From: an uncultured Bacteroidales bacterium
Lineage (GTDB): Bacteria > Bacteroidota > Bacteroidia > Bacteroidales > UBA4417
DNA length: 64,000 bases
Assembly: GCA_903946925.1 (NCBI GenBank)
Contig: CAJAXK010000213.1
Span: forward strand, 4,444 to 68,443
Reading direction: 5' to 3'
The notes under the pieces are model-generated. The model saw nothing but the letters and a program-made list of their open reading frames with translations. It was not told the DNA's origin and did not search any database. Shown here in pieces: positions 38,300-47,373 of the stretch. The position numbers and the translations under genes are program-made. Each line of letters opens with the position of its first letter. The first letter of the stretch is position 1.

Positions 38300-39019
38300 A
38301 TGTTGAAACCACATATAACCCAAACACCAGGCCGTAAGCAGCAAGTTCAGGTAATGTTCAATAGCATTGCTGGCCGGTACGATTTATTAAACCACTTATT
38401 GTCGATGGGCATTGACCGTGGCTGGCGAAAAAAGCTGGTAAGGTTGATGGCGCAGGATAAACCAGGCCGCATACTCGATATGGCCACCGGAACCGCTGAT
38501 TTGGCCATAGCCGCTGCTAGAATAAACCCTGACAACATTACAGGCACCGATATTGCTGAAGAAATGCTCGCCATTGGCCAAGAAAAAGTGTATAAACTCG
38601 GTTTGGGAAATATGATAAAATTGCTGAAAGCCGATTCGGAAAACCTACCTTTTGGCAACCACGAATTCGATGCAGCCATGGTTGCATTTGGGGTGCGCAA
38701 CTACGAAAACCTCCCAAAAGGGTTAAGCGAAATGAGCCGTGTACTCAAACCTGGTTCAAGGGCATTTATACTCGAATTTTCGAAACCACAAAAATTCCCT
38801 ATCAAACAGTTATTTGGATTTTATTCAAGGTTTATACTGCCTTTAATTGGACGGCTGGTTTCAAAACATAGCACGGCCTATTCGTACCTACCCGAATCGG
38901 TCGCAGCCTTCCCACAGGAAGATGAATTTATTGGTATAATGTTAAAATCAGGTTTCAGCAAGGCCGAATTTATTAGTCTGAGCTTTGGTATCACCAACCT
39001 TTATATCGGCACAAAATAG
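38300..39019 (+). CDS. ubiE: demethylmenaquinone/ubiquinone methyltransferase UbiE/MenG
   Basis: VFNSIAGRYDLLNHLLSMGIDRGWRKK and SAM motif ILDMATGTADLA. Confidence 0.9.
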   Translation: MLKPHITQTPGRKQQVQVMFNSIAGRYDLLNHLLSMGIDRGWRKKLVRLMAQDKPGRILDMATGTADLAIAAARINPDNITGTDIAEEMLAIGQEKVYKLGLGNMIKLLKADSENLPFGNHEFDAAMVAFGVRNYENLPKGLSEMSRVLKPGSRAFILEFSKPQKFPIKQLFGFYSRFILPLIGRLVSKHSTAYSYLPESVAAFPQEDEFIGIMLKSGFSKAEFISLSFGITNLYIGTK

Positions 39020-39055
39020 CAAAATCCAGTCTTATAAAGGTACATATTTCCAGTA

Positions 39056-39901
39056 ATGGCGGTGTTTAACATACTAAACGCCGAAAACCTCCGTTTTTTC
39101 AAAGCACCACACAAAATTTTCATGCAACAAAGACAACAATTTCTGATTATCCTGATATTGCTTTGCTTTTCGCTTAGAGCTTTCCCTCAATCGCGGAGTG
39201 TGCCCAACAAACCGGATTACGATCTTGCACCGTATCATTTTGGTTTTCTGTTAGGTTTCAACGAAATGCTTTTCACAATAAAAACTGTACCGGATTATCA
39301 GAACAAGATGTATTATAACAACGATTTAATGCAGTCCATGCCCGATCAGAACAGCGATTCGGCATTTCTGTATAATGTTGAAGGCACGCCAACTTTTGGT
39401 TTTGTAATAGGTATTGTTGGCAACCTGAGATTAGGTGAGTATTTCGATTTCCGCTTCACCCCTTCCCTCACCTTTGGCGAACGCAACCTCGATTATTCGA
39501 TTAAAAATTATTACGACTCCCCAAATCCCGAAATGCTTTTTGTAACCAAAAACATACAATCCACTTTCGTCGAATTCCCTTTATGGGTAAGGTTTAAAGG
39601 GCAACGGATACATAATATGAGGCCTTACGTTTTGGCCGGTGCAAAATATTCTCTCGATTTGGCTTCCAACGCGAAGAAAAAGGAAGATAACAGTGCTGCC
39701 AATGTATTTATCAACCGAAAGGATGTGTATGCGCTTGGAGGGGTTGGTTTCGATTTTTATACAGTTTATTTTAAATTTGGCATAGAACTATCCATGTCTT
39801 ATGGTATTTTCGATGTGCTAAAACACGACAATACAATTTACACCGATGCTATCGAGAGTATGAATTCAAAAATCTTCCAGGTTTCATTTACATTTGAATA
39901 A
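39056..39901 (+). CDS. PorT/SprT-like outer-membrane beta-barrel protein (T9SS-associated)
   Basis: Signal peptide (likely start near 39122), beta-strand-rich with a C-terminal Phe-containing strand, and the conserved ubiE-porT adjacency in Bacteroidota as I recall it. Confidence 0.55.
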   Translation: MAVFNILNAENLRFFKAPHKIFMQQRQQFLIILILLCFSLRAFPQSRSVPNKPDYDLAPYHFGFLLGFNEMLFTIKTVPDYQNKMYYNNDLMQSMPDQNSDSAFLYNVEGTPTFGFVIGIVGNLRLGEYFDFRFTPSLTFGERNLDYSIKNYYDSPNPEMLFVTKNIQSTFVEFPLWVRFKGQRIHNMRPYVLAGAKYSLDLASNAKKKEDNSAANVFINRKDVYALGGVGFDFYTVYFKFGIELSMSYGIFDVLKHDNTIYTDAIESMNSKIFQVSFTFE

Positions 39902-40009
39902 CAATAATTTACTGTTTTTGGAACAATACGGTTAACATCGTGTTTTTTAATCCCTGCCTATAACTATCCAACAACAGGCAAATTCAAATCATCAGTTTTA
40001 AAAATACTT

Positions 40010-41572
40010 ATGCGCAAAGAAGTTGAAATAGCCATGACCCCGAAACAGGCCGCCGACCCTTCGGGATGGAAAGTGGCATTTGCACATACCTTACGGATTC
40101 AACCTGCGCGGATCAAACATCTTAACCCATTGCAGCGCTCGGTGGATGCCCGTTCAACAAATGTTAAAATACGTTTGAAGGCCGAGTTGTACATTGATGA
40201 ACAACCACTTGTGATACCCAAAAACTTGCGGAAAACATACCCCGATGTTTCGCACAAAACCCCTGTTATTGTGGTTGGTGCAGGCCCTGCCGGATTATTT
40301 GCTGCTCTCACGCTCATAGAAAATGGGATGAAACCTATTGTAATAGAACGTGGGAAAGATGTAAAAGCGCGAAAATTCGATATTGCCCAAATTAACCGCG
40401 AACATATTGTAAACCCCGATTCAAATTATTGCTTTGGTGAAGGCGGTGCCGGGACTTACAGCGATGGTAAACTTTATACCCGTGCCACAAAACGCGGGAA
40501 TGTAAACGAGATATTGTCAGTGCTTGTTTCGCACGGGGCAAACGATGATATACTGATTGACAGCCACCCACATATTGGGACCGATAAATTGCCGGCTATT
40601 GTTGCTGCCATGCGCCAGACTATACTTGAAGCAGGAGGCGAAATTTATTTTAACCGCAGGATTACGGATATAACTATACATAACGGAAAAATTAAAGGTG
40701 TTGAAGATAAAAGCGGCAACCGCTACGAAGCCCAGGCATTGATACTTGCAACCGGCCATTCGGCGAGGGATATATATGAATTGTTGCATCAAAAAGGCCT
40801 TGCACTCGAAGCAAAAAGCTTTGCTCTTGGCGTCAGGGCCGAACACCCACAAGCATTAATTGACAGCATCCAATATCGCCAATCGCCCCGCGATATTTAT
40901 CTTCCTGCCGCACCTTACAGCCTTGTAAAGCAGGTTGATGGCCGTGGGGTTTTTTCTTTCTGCATGTGCCCTGGAGGAACTATTGTTCCGGCGGCTACCG
41001 AAAATGGACAAGTAGTAGTTAACGGCATGTCGAACAGCAGGCGCAATTCGCCATTTGCCAATTCAGGGATAGTTGTACAAATTGACCCTTCGGATATTGC
41101 ACACCTTTCGGGATTTGGGCCTTTTGCCGGGCTTGAGTTCCAAAGGCAGGTAGAAGATGCCTGTTGGCGTGCCGCTGGGATGAAACAGTCGGCTCCGGCG
41201 CAGCGGATCAGCGATTTTACCAAAGGTGTGATTTCTTCATCACTTCCCGATTGTTCCTATTTCCCGGGAATTGTTTCCGCCCCACTGCACGAAATTCTGC
41301 CTTCCTTTGTTTCCACAAGGCTTCAGGAAGCATTTATACAATTTGGCAACATGATGAAAGGCTACTATACTTCGGAAGCGGTTATACTTGGCACCGAGTC
41401 GCGGACTTCCTCCCCTATCCGGATTCCGCGTAATGGCGAAACCCTTGAACATATTGGGGTTTCGGGCTTATACCCATGTGGCGAGGGTGCCGGTTATTCG
41501 GGCGGCATTGTTTCTTCGGCAATGGATGGGGTGAATTGTGCTTTGGCGGTTGTGAAAAAATTTAAAAGGTAA
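40010..41572 (+). CDS. FAD-dependent oxidoreductase (COG2509-like)
   Basis: Rossmann motif VIVVGAGPAGLFAAL and C-terminal GEGAGYSGGI. Confidence 0.75.
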   Translation: MRKEVEIAMTPKQAADPSGWKVAFAHTLRIQPARIKHLNPLQRSVDARSTNVKIRLKAELYIDEQPLVIPKNLRKTYPDVSHKTPVIVVGAGPAGLFAALTLIENGMKPIVIERGKDVKARKFDIAQINREHIVNPDSNYCFGEGGAGTYSDGKLYTRATKRGNVNEILSVLVSHGANDDILIDSHPHIGTDKLPAIVAAMRQTILEAGGEIYFNRRITDITIHNGKIKGVEDKSGNRYEAQALILATGHSARDIYELLHQKGLALEAKSFALGVRAEHPQALIDSIQYRQSPRDIYLPAAPYSLVKQVDGRGVFSFCMCPGGTIVPAATENGQVVVNGMSNSRRNSPFANSGIVVQIDPSDIAHLSGFGPFAGLEFQRQVEDACWRAAGMKQSAPAQRISDFTKGVISSSLPDCSYFPGIVSAPLHEILPSFVSTRLQEAFIQFGNMMKGYYTSEAVILGTESRTSSPIRIPRNGETLEHIGVSGLYPCGEGAGYSGGIVSSAMDGVNCALAVVKKFKR

Positions 41573-41630
41573 GGAGGTTGGATGTAGGAAGTTAGATGTC
41601 GGATGTCGGATGTCGGATTTGCTGAAACTA
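41570..41630 (+). repeat. G/T-rich tract with perfect heptamer tandem (GATGTCG)x3
   Basis: taaggaggttggatgtaggaagtta-gatgtcg-gatgtcg-gatgtcg-gatttg. Starts on the stop codon. Tandem at 41595-41615. Confidence 0.8.
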
Positions 41631-41905
41631 AGCTTGATAGCGAATACATTAACGGTGCAAGCTTACAGGAAAACAAATTTAGTTTTCATTAGCGATTCAT
41701 GTACGCATGAACACTATTGTGGAATTGTAGAAGCGATTTAGCTCAAATTTTAATTTGGGCACAATTTAATAATTGAAATTTTAGCTAGAATATTTATTCT
41801 GAATGGCATTAATTTAAACCAAAATTATTTAATTTTACTCCAAACTTGGCTTGATTCTTTTTTAATTAACTGAAAACTAATGTTTGTTATGAGACTAATT
41901 TATAT

Positions 41906-42898
41906 ATGAAGAAAACCTTTGGTTTATATTTCCATCCCGAAACCAGTAAGCAAATATCTGGTTTAGCTCCCTTGAAATCGGTTTATGATTTTATCCAAAA
42001 CAGGGAAAGCATCCAACGCAAAAGCACAATCCCTTTAACAAAAGTTGATATAACAGAGTTTTTGTCTGTGCACACCACTGCCTATATGGATGGTTTGATT
42101 GCCCTTTCGCAAGACCGTACGCCCGAAACCGAGCCAAGATTAAGCATTGAATGTGAAAACCTCTGCGATTTCCTTCCAGGTTATGAATACGGCCTAGGCG
42201 GGATGTATGCCACCATCGACCTGATGAAAAAAGGGATCCTCGACCGGGCTTATTGCTACAATATTCCCGGCCACCATGCACATCCCGCTTTTGGACACGG
42301 CTATTGCTTGCTCAATACTCAGGCAGCCAGTGTGCGCTATGCCCAAAGGCGCGGCTTCGACAAAATCCTGATTGTTGATTGGGATTTCCATCATGGCGAT
42401 GGCACACAAACCATATTTGAAAATGATCCTTCGGTATATCACATCAGCATACATAATGCCGTTGATTTATATATGAGCCTTATGAAGGTAACAAACCTGG
42501 GCTTTACCACTTATGGCAAAAAGGTTGGGCATTGCAATATCCCGCTTATGGACAGACGATTGGGAGAGGGATTTTATAAAGATATTTTGGACGATGAATT
42601 TTCGGGCGAATTGTACAATGTTTCAAATTGCCTTCATGTTTTCTATTCTGCTTTGCAAGATCTGCCATTTGATCCAGATATGATATTTATTTTCGATGGC
42701 CACGATTCGCATAAGGACGATCTGGGCGAAGCGGTTACCGATTGGGGCGACAAGGATTTTATTTTTCTGGCAAAAGCCGTATTGGATGTTGCCAGCAAGT
42801 TTGGATGCCCTGTGATATCATGCCCTGCAGGTGGCTACAACAATGAAACCTTGCAACGGCTCACCAAACTGCATCTTCAGGTTTTAGAAGAATATTGA
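41906..42898 (+). CDS. histone-deacetylase-family (HDAC/AcuC-like) zinc amidohydrolase
   Basis: PGHHAHP, DWDFHHGDGTQ, GHDSHKDD and AGGY motifs are all present, so it appears catalytically intact. Confidence 0.85.
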   Translation: MKKTFGLYFHPETSKQISGLAPLKSVYDFIQNRESIQRKSTIPLTKVDITEFLSVHTTAYMDGLIALSQDRTPETEPRLSIECENLCDFLPGYEYGLGGMYATIDLMKKGILDRAYCYNIPGHHAHPAFGHGYCLLNTQAASVRYAQRRGFDKILIVDWDFHHGDGTQTIFENDPSVYHISIHNAVDLYMSLMKVTNLGFTTYGKKVGHCNIPLMDRRLGEGFYKDILDDEFSGELYNVSNCLHVFYSALQDLPFDPDMIFIFDGHDSHKDDLGEAVTDWGDKDFIFLAKAVLDVASKFGCPVISCPAGGYNNETLQRLTKLHLQVLEEY

Positions 42899-42947
42899 TT
42901 CATAACGTAATAAAGATTACTAACTCAAACTAATAAGTGTTTTTTTT

Positions 42948-43388
42948 ATGAACGACATGGACAAAACCAAAGCTGAACTTAGCAAACAAGAAGAAGCAAT
43001 AATAACGGCAGCACACAAGCTTAAACCTCTTAAAATATTACTTGTGGAAGACAATCTTTGTGGGGTGAGATTATTACCCATATTCCTAGAAGAATTTAAC
43101 CACGAAGTAATACTTGCCAATAACGGAGAGGAAGGCATTGAGATTATTCGTAACAGGCAGGATATTGATTTGATTCTGATGGATATACAAATGCCAATAA
43201 TGAATGGTTTTGAGGCCGCCGAACTAATTCGCGGGTTCGATAAAGAAGTAATTATTATAGCTTTTACTGCAATCTATTTGTTTAAGAACGAGAAACAAGC
43301 AATTGAGGCAGTATTGAATGATTGCCTCCAAAAACCGATAAATTATTATGAATTATCCGCTTTGTTGATAAAGTACTTTGGGAAATAA
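42948..43388 (+). CDS. stand-alone receiver (REC) protein, unit A of the tandem signalling module
   Basis: LLVEDN...LILMDIQMP...IIAFTA...LQKP (acidic pocket, phospho-Asp, Thr and Lys all present). The N-terminus MNDMDKTKAEL is shared with the kinase-like paralogues. Confidence 0.8.
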   Translation: MNDMDKTKAELSKQEEAIITAAHKLKPLKILLVEDNLCGVRLLPIFLEEFNHEVILANNGEEGIEIIRNRQDIDLILMDIQMPIMNGFEAAELIRGFDKEVIIIAFTAIYLFKNEKQAIEAVLNDCLQKPINYYELSALLIKYFGK

Positions 43389-43428
43389 CGGAAAGAAAAG
43401 GTAAACCTTAAACGAACGCCAATATAAA

Positions 43429-44073
43429 ATGAGAACAATTGAACTTAAAAACGAAGAATACTGGTTAATTGGAATCGAAGAAACTGATGAAAGCACGATT
43501 TATACTTTTCCTGAAAAGGTTTACCCGAAACTTGAGATAATTCAAATGAGTTTCCATTCAGATAACAATATAATTTTTGAAGAAACTATGTGGGAAGCGC
43601 CTAACCTAAAATATTTATCAATATCAGGTGAAGTAGCATTACGAAATACTCAAAAATTAATGGAAACATGCATTGAACCAAAATTTGAAGGGATAGAATT
43701 GTACGAAACTCGAATAATGCAAATCCCTGATTTTATACTTAAAAGTAAAAACCTAAAATCTCTTATCTTTCGCCGTGAACCAATTATCGAATTAAATATC
43801 GGTCTATTTGATCTTGTAAATTTGGAATACCTAAGTTTTCATTATTGCAAAGGAATTTCAACCATTCCAGATGAAATAAAAAACCTCATTAACCTTACAT
43901 CATTCAATTTGTGGGAGGCCAAGCCAGTGTATATCTCTACCGAACTTTTTCTTCTACCAAAAATCTCTCACATAAGCTTTGCCTATACCCATTATAAAAA
44001 CCAAACAAAGGAATTCGATGATGCATTGCAGAAATTCAAGAATAATTCAGGCTATTATTTCATTGGTTACTAG
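43429..44073 (+). CDS. leucine-rich-repeat protein
   Basis: LRR units such as LKYLSISG, LKSLIFRR, LVNLEYLSFHYCKGISTIPDEIKNLINLTSFNL. Confidence 0.7.
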   Translation: MRTIELKNEEYWLIGIEETDESTIYTFPEKVYPKLEIIQMSFHSDNNIIFEETMWEAPNLKYLSISGEVALRNTQKLMETCIEPKFEGIELYETRIMQIPDFILKSKNLKSLIFRREPIIELNIGLFDLVNLEYLSFHYCKGISTIPDEIKNLINLTSFNLWEAKPVYISTELFLLPKISHISFAYTHYKNQTKEFDDALQKFKNNSGYYFIGY

Positions 44074-44118
44074 GTTAGGCATGAATCAATATATCAATCG
44101 AAAACTACTAATATTTGA

Positions 44119-44385
44119 ATCTTTTTTTTTGCTACGGATACAATAACTTCAACTGCACGCATGTAACCTGACACTTTATTCGCATCCACAATAGCTACAT
44201 TATGGGAATCTTGAATTGGCTACCAAACTGCACCTTCGTATATTACAGGAGTATTAACGCATAACCGACTGCAAAACAATTATTAAAACCATAAAGGCGA
44301 TTTTTTATGAACGACACAGACAAAACCAAAGCCGAACTCATTATGGAGTTACAGGCATTGAGGCAACAATATAATTCCTTACAGG
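44119..44385 (+). repeat. ~265-bp near-identical direct repeat, copy 1 (decayed HDAC 3' end + leader + first 26 codons)
   Basis: Aligns with 46276-46540 with about 8 differences by eye, including T9 versus T7. Confidence 0.85.
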
Positions 44386-45650
44386 CGAAATATGAGCAAA
44401 AACAGAATGAATATGAGACGGCAATTGCGGATTTGGATACAGTCGGTAAAATGGCTGATGCAAAAAGCTATGAGGTATCTCAAATCTTTGCAAATTTTTG
44501 TCATGAATTCAGGACCCCATTGAATGGTGTATTTGGGTTTGCTGATTTACTGAAACAGGGTGGCGAAACAAATGAAGCACGAAAAGAATATTTGGAGCTA
44601 ATTATTATATGCGGTGAATCAGTAATGAACGCAGGCAATATGATGTTAAATCATTATAAATTGGCAATGGGATTAGTAACGATTGATCCTACGGAAACCG
44701 TTATAAATGAGCTTATTAAAAATATTTGCTCTAATACTGTGCAAAAGGCAAAGTCTAAAGGAGTTGATATCAAATATACAAATCCGCTATCTTTTATTAA
44801 ATCAATTATCAAAACTGATTCATCCTTACTATCCGATATTTTCTACATCCTTATACATTATATCATTGTACACGAACGCCTAAATAACGGCTCAATTGAA
44901 CTAGGGTACTCTTTAAAGAAGGGAAGCACAAATGTAGTAGGAGAACCAGTAAATCCTTATGTTCTTGAATTTTTCATGAAGATTAACGGGGATTGGAAAT
45001 CAAATTATGTTCAGGCTGATATATCCGATTATTTTAATAGCACAACCGATAAAAATAAAAGTTGGAATAGGTACGACGAACTATCGCTTGCTAAGGCGTA
45101 TGTTGAAATGCTTGGAGGCAAAATATGGTTGCAAATAGAGGGAGAGAACCGTTTAAGCTTTTATTTTACAGTCCCTTACAATCATGATGAAAATTTATAC
45201 CATAATTTGCATGATATATTTAAGCCCAAAGAAAGAATGAGCAGGCAGCAGGAAGAAGCTATAATAAAGGCGGCGCAGAGCCTGAAACGGCTTAAAATTT
45301 TATTGGTTGAAGGTTTCGTAGTTGGGGCGAATTTGGGTGAAAGACTTCTTAAAACACAAAACCACGAAGTAATACGTGCCAAAAATGGAGCAGAAGGGGT
45401 TAAAGTTTTTCGCAACAGTCCGGATATTGATTTGATATTAATGGATATTCAAATGCCGATAATGGATGGTTATGAGGCAACACAACAAATACGCAAGTTT
45501 GATAAAGAAGTAATTATAATAGCTTTGACTACAGAACATTGGGTTAATAGTTGGAAACAAGCTATTGAAGTTGGAATAAATGGTTACCTCCGGAAACCGA
45601 TTAATGTTGCTGAATTATCGGCTCTGTTGATAAAGTATTTTGGAAAATGA
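44307..45650 (+). CDS. hybrid DHp/degenerate-CA + REC protein (pseudo-histidine-kinase / Spo0B-like phosphotransferase candidate), unit B
   Basis: Coiled coil. H-box FCHEFRTPLNG. The CA-like region lacks the G1 (DxGxG) and G2 (GxGLGL) glycines (INGDWKS, RYDELSL). The C-terminal REC carries LILMDIQMP. Confidence 0.7.
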   Translation: MNDTDKTKAELIMELQALRQQYNSLQAKYEQKQNEYETAIADLDTVGKMADAKSYEVSQIFANFCHEFRTPLNGVFGFADLLKQGGETNEARKEYLELIIICGESVMNAGNMMLNHYKLAMGLVTIDPTETVINELIKNICSNTVQKAKSKGVDIKYTNPLSFIKSIIKTDSSLLSDIFYILIHYIIVHERLNNGSIELGYSLKKGSTNVVGEPVNPYVLEFFMKINGDWKSNYVQADISDYFNSTTDKNKSWNRYDELSLAKAYVEMLGGKIWLQIEGENRLSFYFTVPYNHDENLYHNLHDIFKPKERMSRQQEEAIIKAAQSLKRLKILLVEGFVVGANLGERLLKTQNHEVIRAKNGAEGVKVFRNSPDIDLILMDIQMPIMDGYEATQQIRKFDKEVIIIALTTEHWVNSWKQAIEVGINGYLRKPINVAELSALLIKYFGK

Positions 45651-45701
45651 ATATAAACACAATGCCCAACAATTAAAAAAACAACCTTAAAACCTAATAC
45701 C

Positions 45702-46220
45702 ATGAAAAAGATCCCCTTTCTGATAATCATTTTCTTATTGGCTGGCTGCACATCAACTATTAATTCGGTAGTTGATCCGTCCTATTCCACAAAGAAGTAT
45801 GAAAGCCCAATGATTGCAATCCTCTACCAATATGGTGCCAACCACGATTTTTCGTCAAAGTTAAAGAAGAAATTAGAATCTCATTTTTGCGAAGATCATA
45901 AGCCAATCGATATACAATTGGTCGAACACAAAAAACAAGAATTAACGATAGAAGACAACAATGAAACCCAAGATAAAATTTACTCATACATTGAGGAAAA
46001 CGATAATGACTTGGCAATAATCATAAAACCTACATCCCTGCATTTTGTTGGTTACTCTTTGAGGTATGCGCAATACGTAATAATTGCCTTTGAAACCAGG
46101 ACAAAAAAAATAATTTGGAAATCGGAATTTGATTTTGAAACCCTTTTCGGTGCGTACACTGTGGTTGATAAAGTAGCGGGACAAATTTACTCGACACTAA
46201 AATCTGATCATATACTATAA
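45702..46220 (+). CDS. hypothetical lipoprotein
   Basis: MKKIPFLIIIFLLAGC lipobox. Confidence 0.55.
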   Translation: MKKIPFLIIIFLLAGCTSTINSVVDPSYSTKKYESPMIAILYQYGANHDFSSKLKKKLESHFCEDHKPIDIQLVEHKKQELTIEDNNETQDKIYSYIEENDNDLAIIIKPTSLHFVGYSLRYAQYVIIAFETRTKKIIWKSEFDFETLFGAYTVVDKVAGQIYSTLKSDHIL

Positions 46221-46275
46221 TTAGCTCGAAACGATCAATTTACGGTTGCGTTACTTAATCCCGAAAGTGCAAGAA

Positions 46276-46540
46276 ATCTTTTTTTGCTACGGATACAATA
46301 ACTTCAACCGCACGCATGTAACCTGACACTTTATTCGCATCCACAATAGCTACATTATGGGAATCTTGAATTGGCTACCAAACTGCACCTTCGTATATTA
46401 CAGGAGTATTAACGCATAACCGACTGCAAAATAATTATTAAAAACTTAAAGGCGATTTTTTATGAACGACACAGACAAAACCAAAGCCGAACTCATTATT
46501 GAGTTACAGGCATTGAGGCAACAATATAATTCCTTACAGG
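46276..46540 (+). repeat. ~265-bp near-identical direct repeat, copy 2
   Basis: See 44119-44385. Confidence 0.85.
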
Positions 46541-47373
46541 ATGAGCAACACCAAAAACAAATTGAATCTGATATTAATACAAAGGATTTGCAAATAGCCT
46601 TAGAAAAAGCTGATGCAATAATATATTCTTTGTCTGAAATCTATACAAATTTTATTCATGATTTCAGGACTCCATTAGGTGGATTATTGGGGTTCTCTGA
46701 ATTATTGATAATGTGCAACGAAACAAATGAAATGCAAAAAGAATATTTAGAGATACTTACATCTAGCAGTAAATCTTTATTGCACGTGTTAAATTTGATG
46801 TCAGACCATTGTAAATTGGCAATGGGACAAATGACAATTGAATCTATAGATACGGATATTAATAAATTTATTACAAATGTTTGTTCTGCTGCATTAGAAA
46901 AGGCAAAGACTAAAGGAATTGATTTCAAATATAGGAATCCGTTAGCATTCAAAAAATCTATTATTAAAACAGATGAATTTATTCTATCCAGGACATGCTA
47001 TATCCTTATAGATTATTTTTTGAGATCCTTAAATAATGGCTCAATTGAATTTGGGTACTGTGTAAAGATGGGAACCACAAACAAAGTTGGAGAACCTGTA
47101 AACCCTACCGTTCTTGAATTTTTCGTGAAATGTAAAGGGGGTTGGCAATCAAATTATGATCAGGCTGAAATATATACTTTTTTCAACAACACAAACAATC
47201 AAGATAAAAGAAGATGTTATTGGTTCAACGAACTATCGCTTATTAAGCAGTATGCCGAAATGCTTGGAGGTAAAATATGGGTGCAAAAGGAGAAAGGGAA
47301 TCGTATAAGTGTCTATTTTACTCTCCCTTACATGCACGATGAAAATTTATCGCAAGATGCCTGCTACAATTAA
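46462..47373 (+). CDS. DHp/degenerate-CA protein, unit C (kinase-like part, separated from its REC)
   Basis: H-box FIHDFRTPLGG. Same degenerate CA as unit B (CKGGWQS, WFNELSL). Stops in the linker where unit B continues into REC. Confidence 0.65.
   Translation: MNDTDKTKAELIIELQALRQQYNSLQDEQHQKQIESDINTKDLQIALEKADAIIYSLSEIYTNFIHDFRTPLGGLLGFSELLIMCNETNEMQKEYLEILTSSSKSLLHVLNLMSDHCKLAMGQMTIESIDTDINKFITNVCSAALEKAKTKGIDFKYRNPLAFKKSIIKTDEFILSRTCYILIDYFLRSLNNGSIEFGYCVKMGTTNKVGEPVNPTVLEFFVKCKGGWQSNYDQAEIYTFFNNTNNQDKRRCYWFNELSLIKQYAEMLGGKIWVQKEKGNRISVYFTLPYMHDENLSQDACYN

Noticed and set aside
16402-41452. Many 60-140-aa ORFs nested in or antisense to long genes (e.g. 16402-16773, 18602-19027, 21647-22024, 32550-32933, 40517-41223)
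   Set aside because: Each overlaps a longer ORF with clear family motifs. They have no independent motif, and their composition is typical of antisense shadows.
24677-41630. Periodic tracts (24677-24735, 41595-41615, others) as CRISPR arrays
   Set aside because: The units are 7-8 nt with no spacers, the tracts total less than 60 nt, and there are no cas genes.
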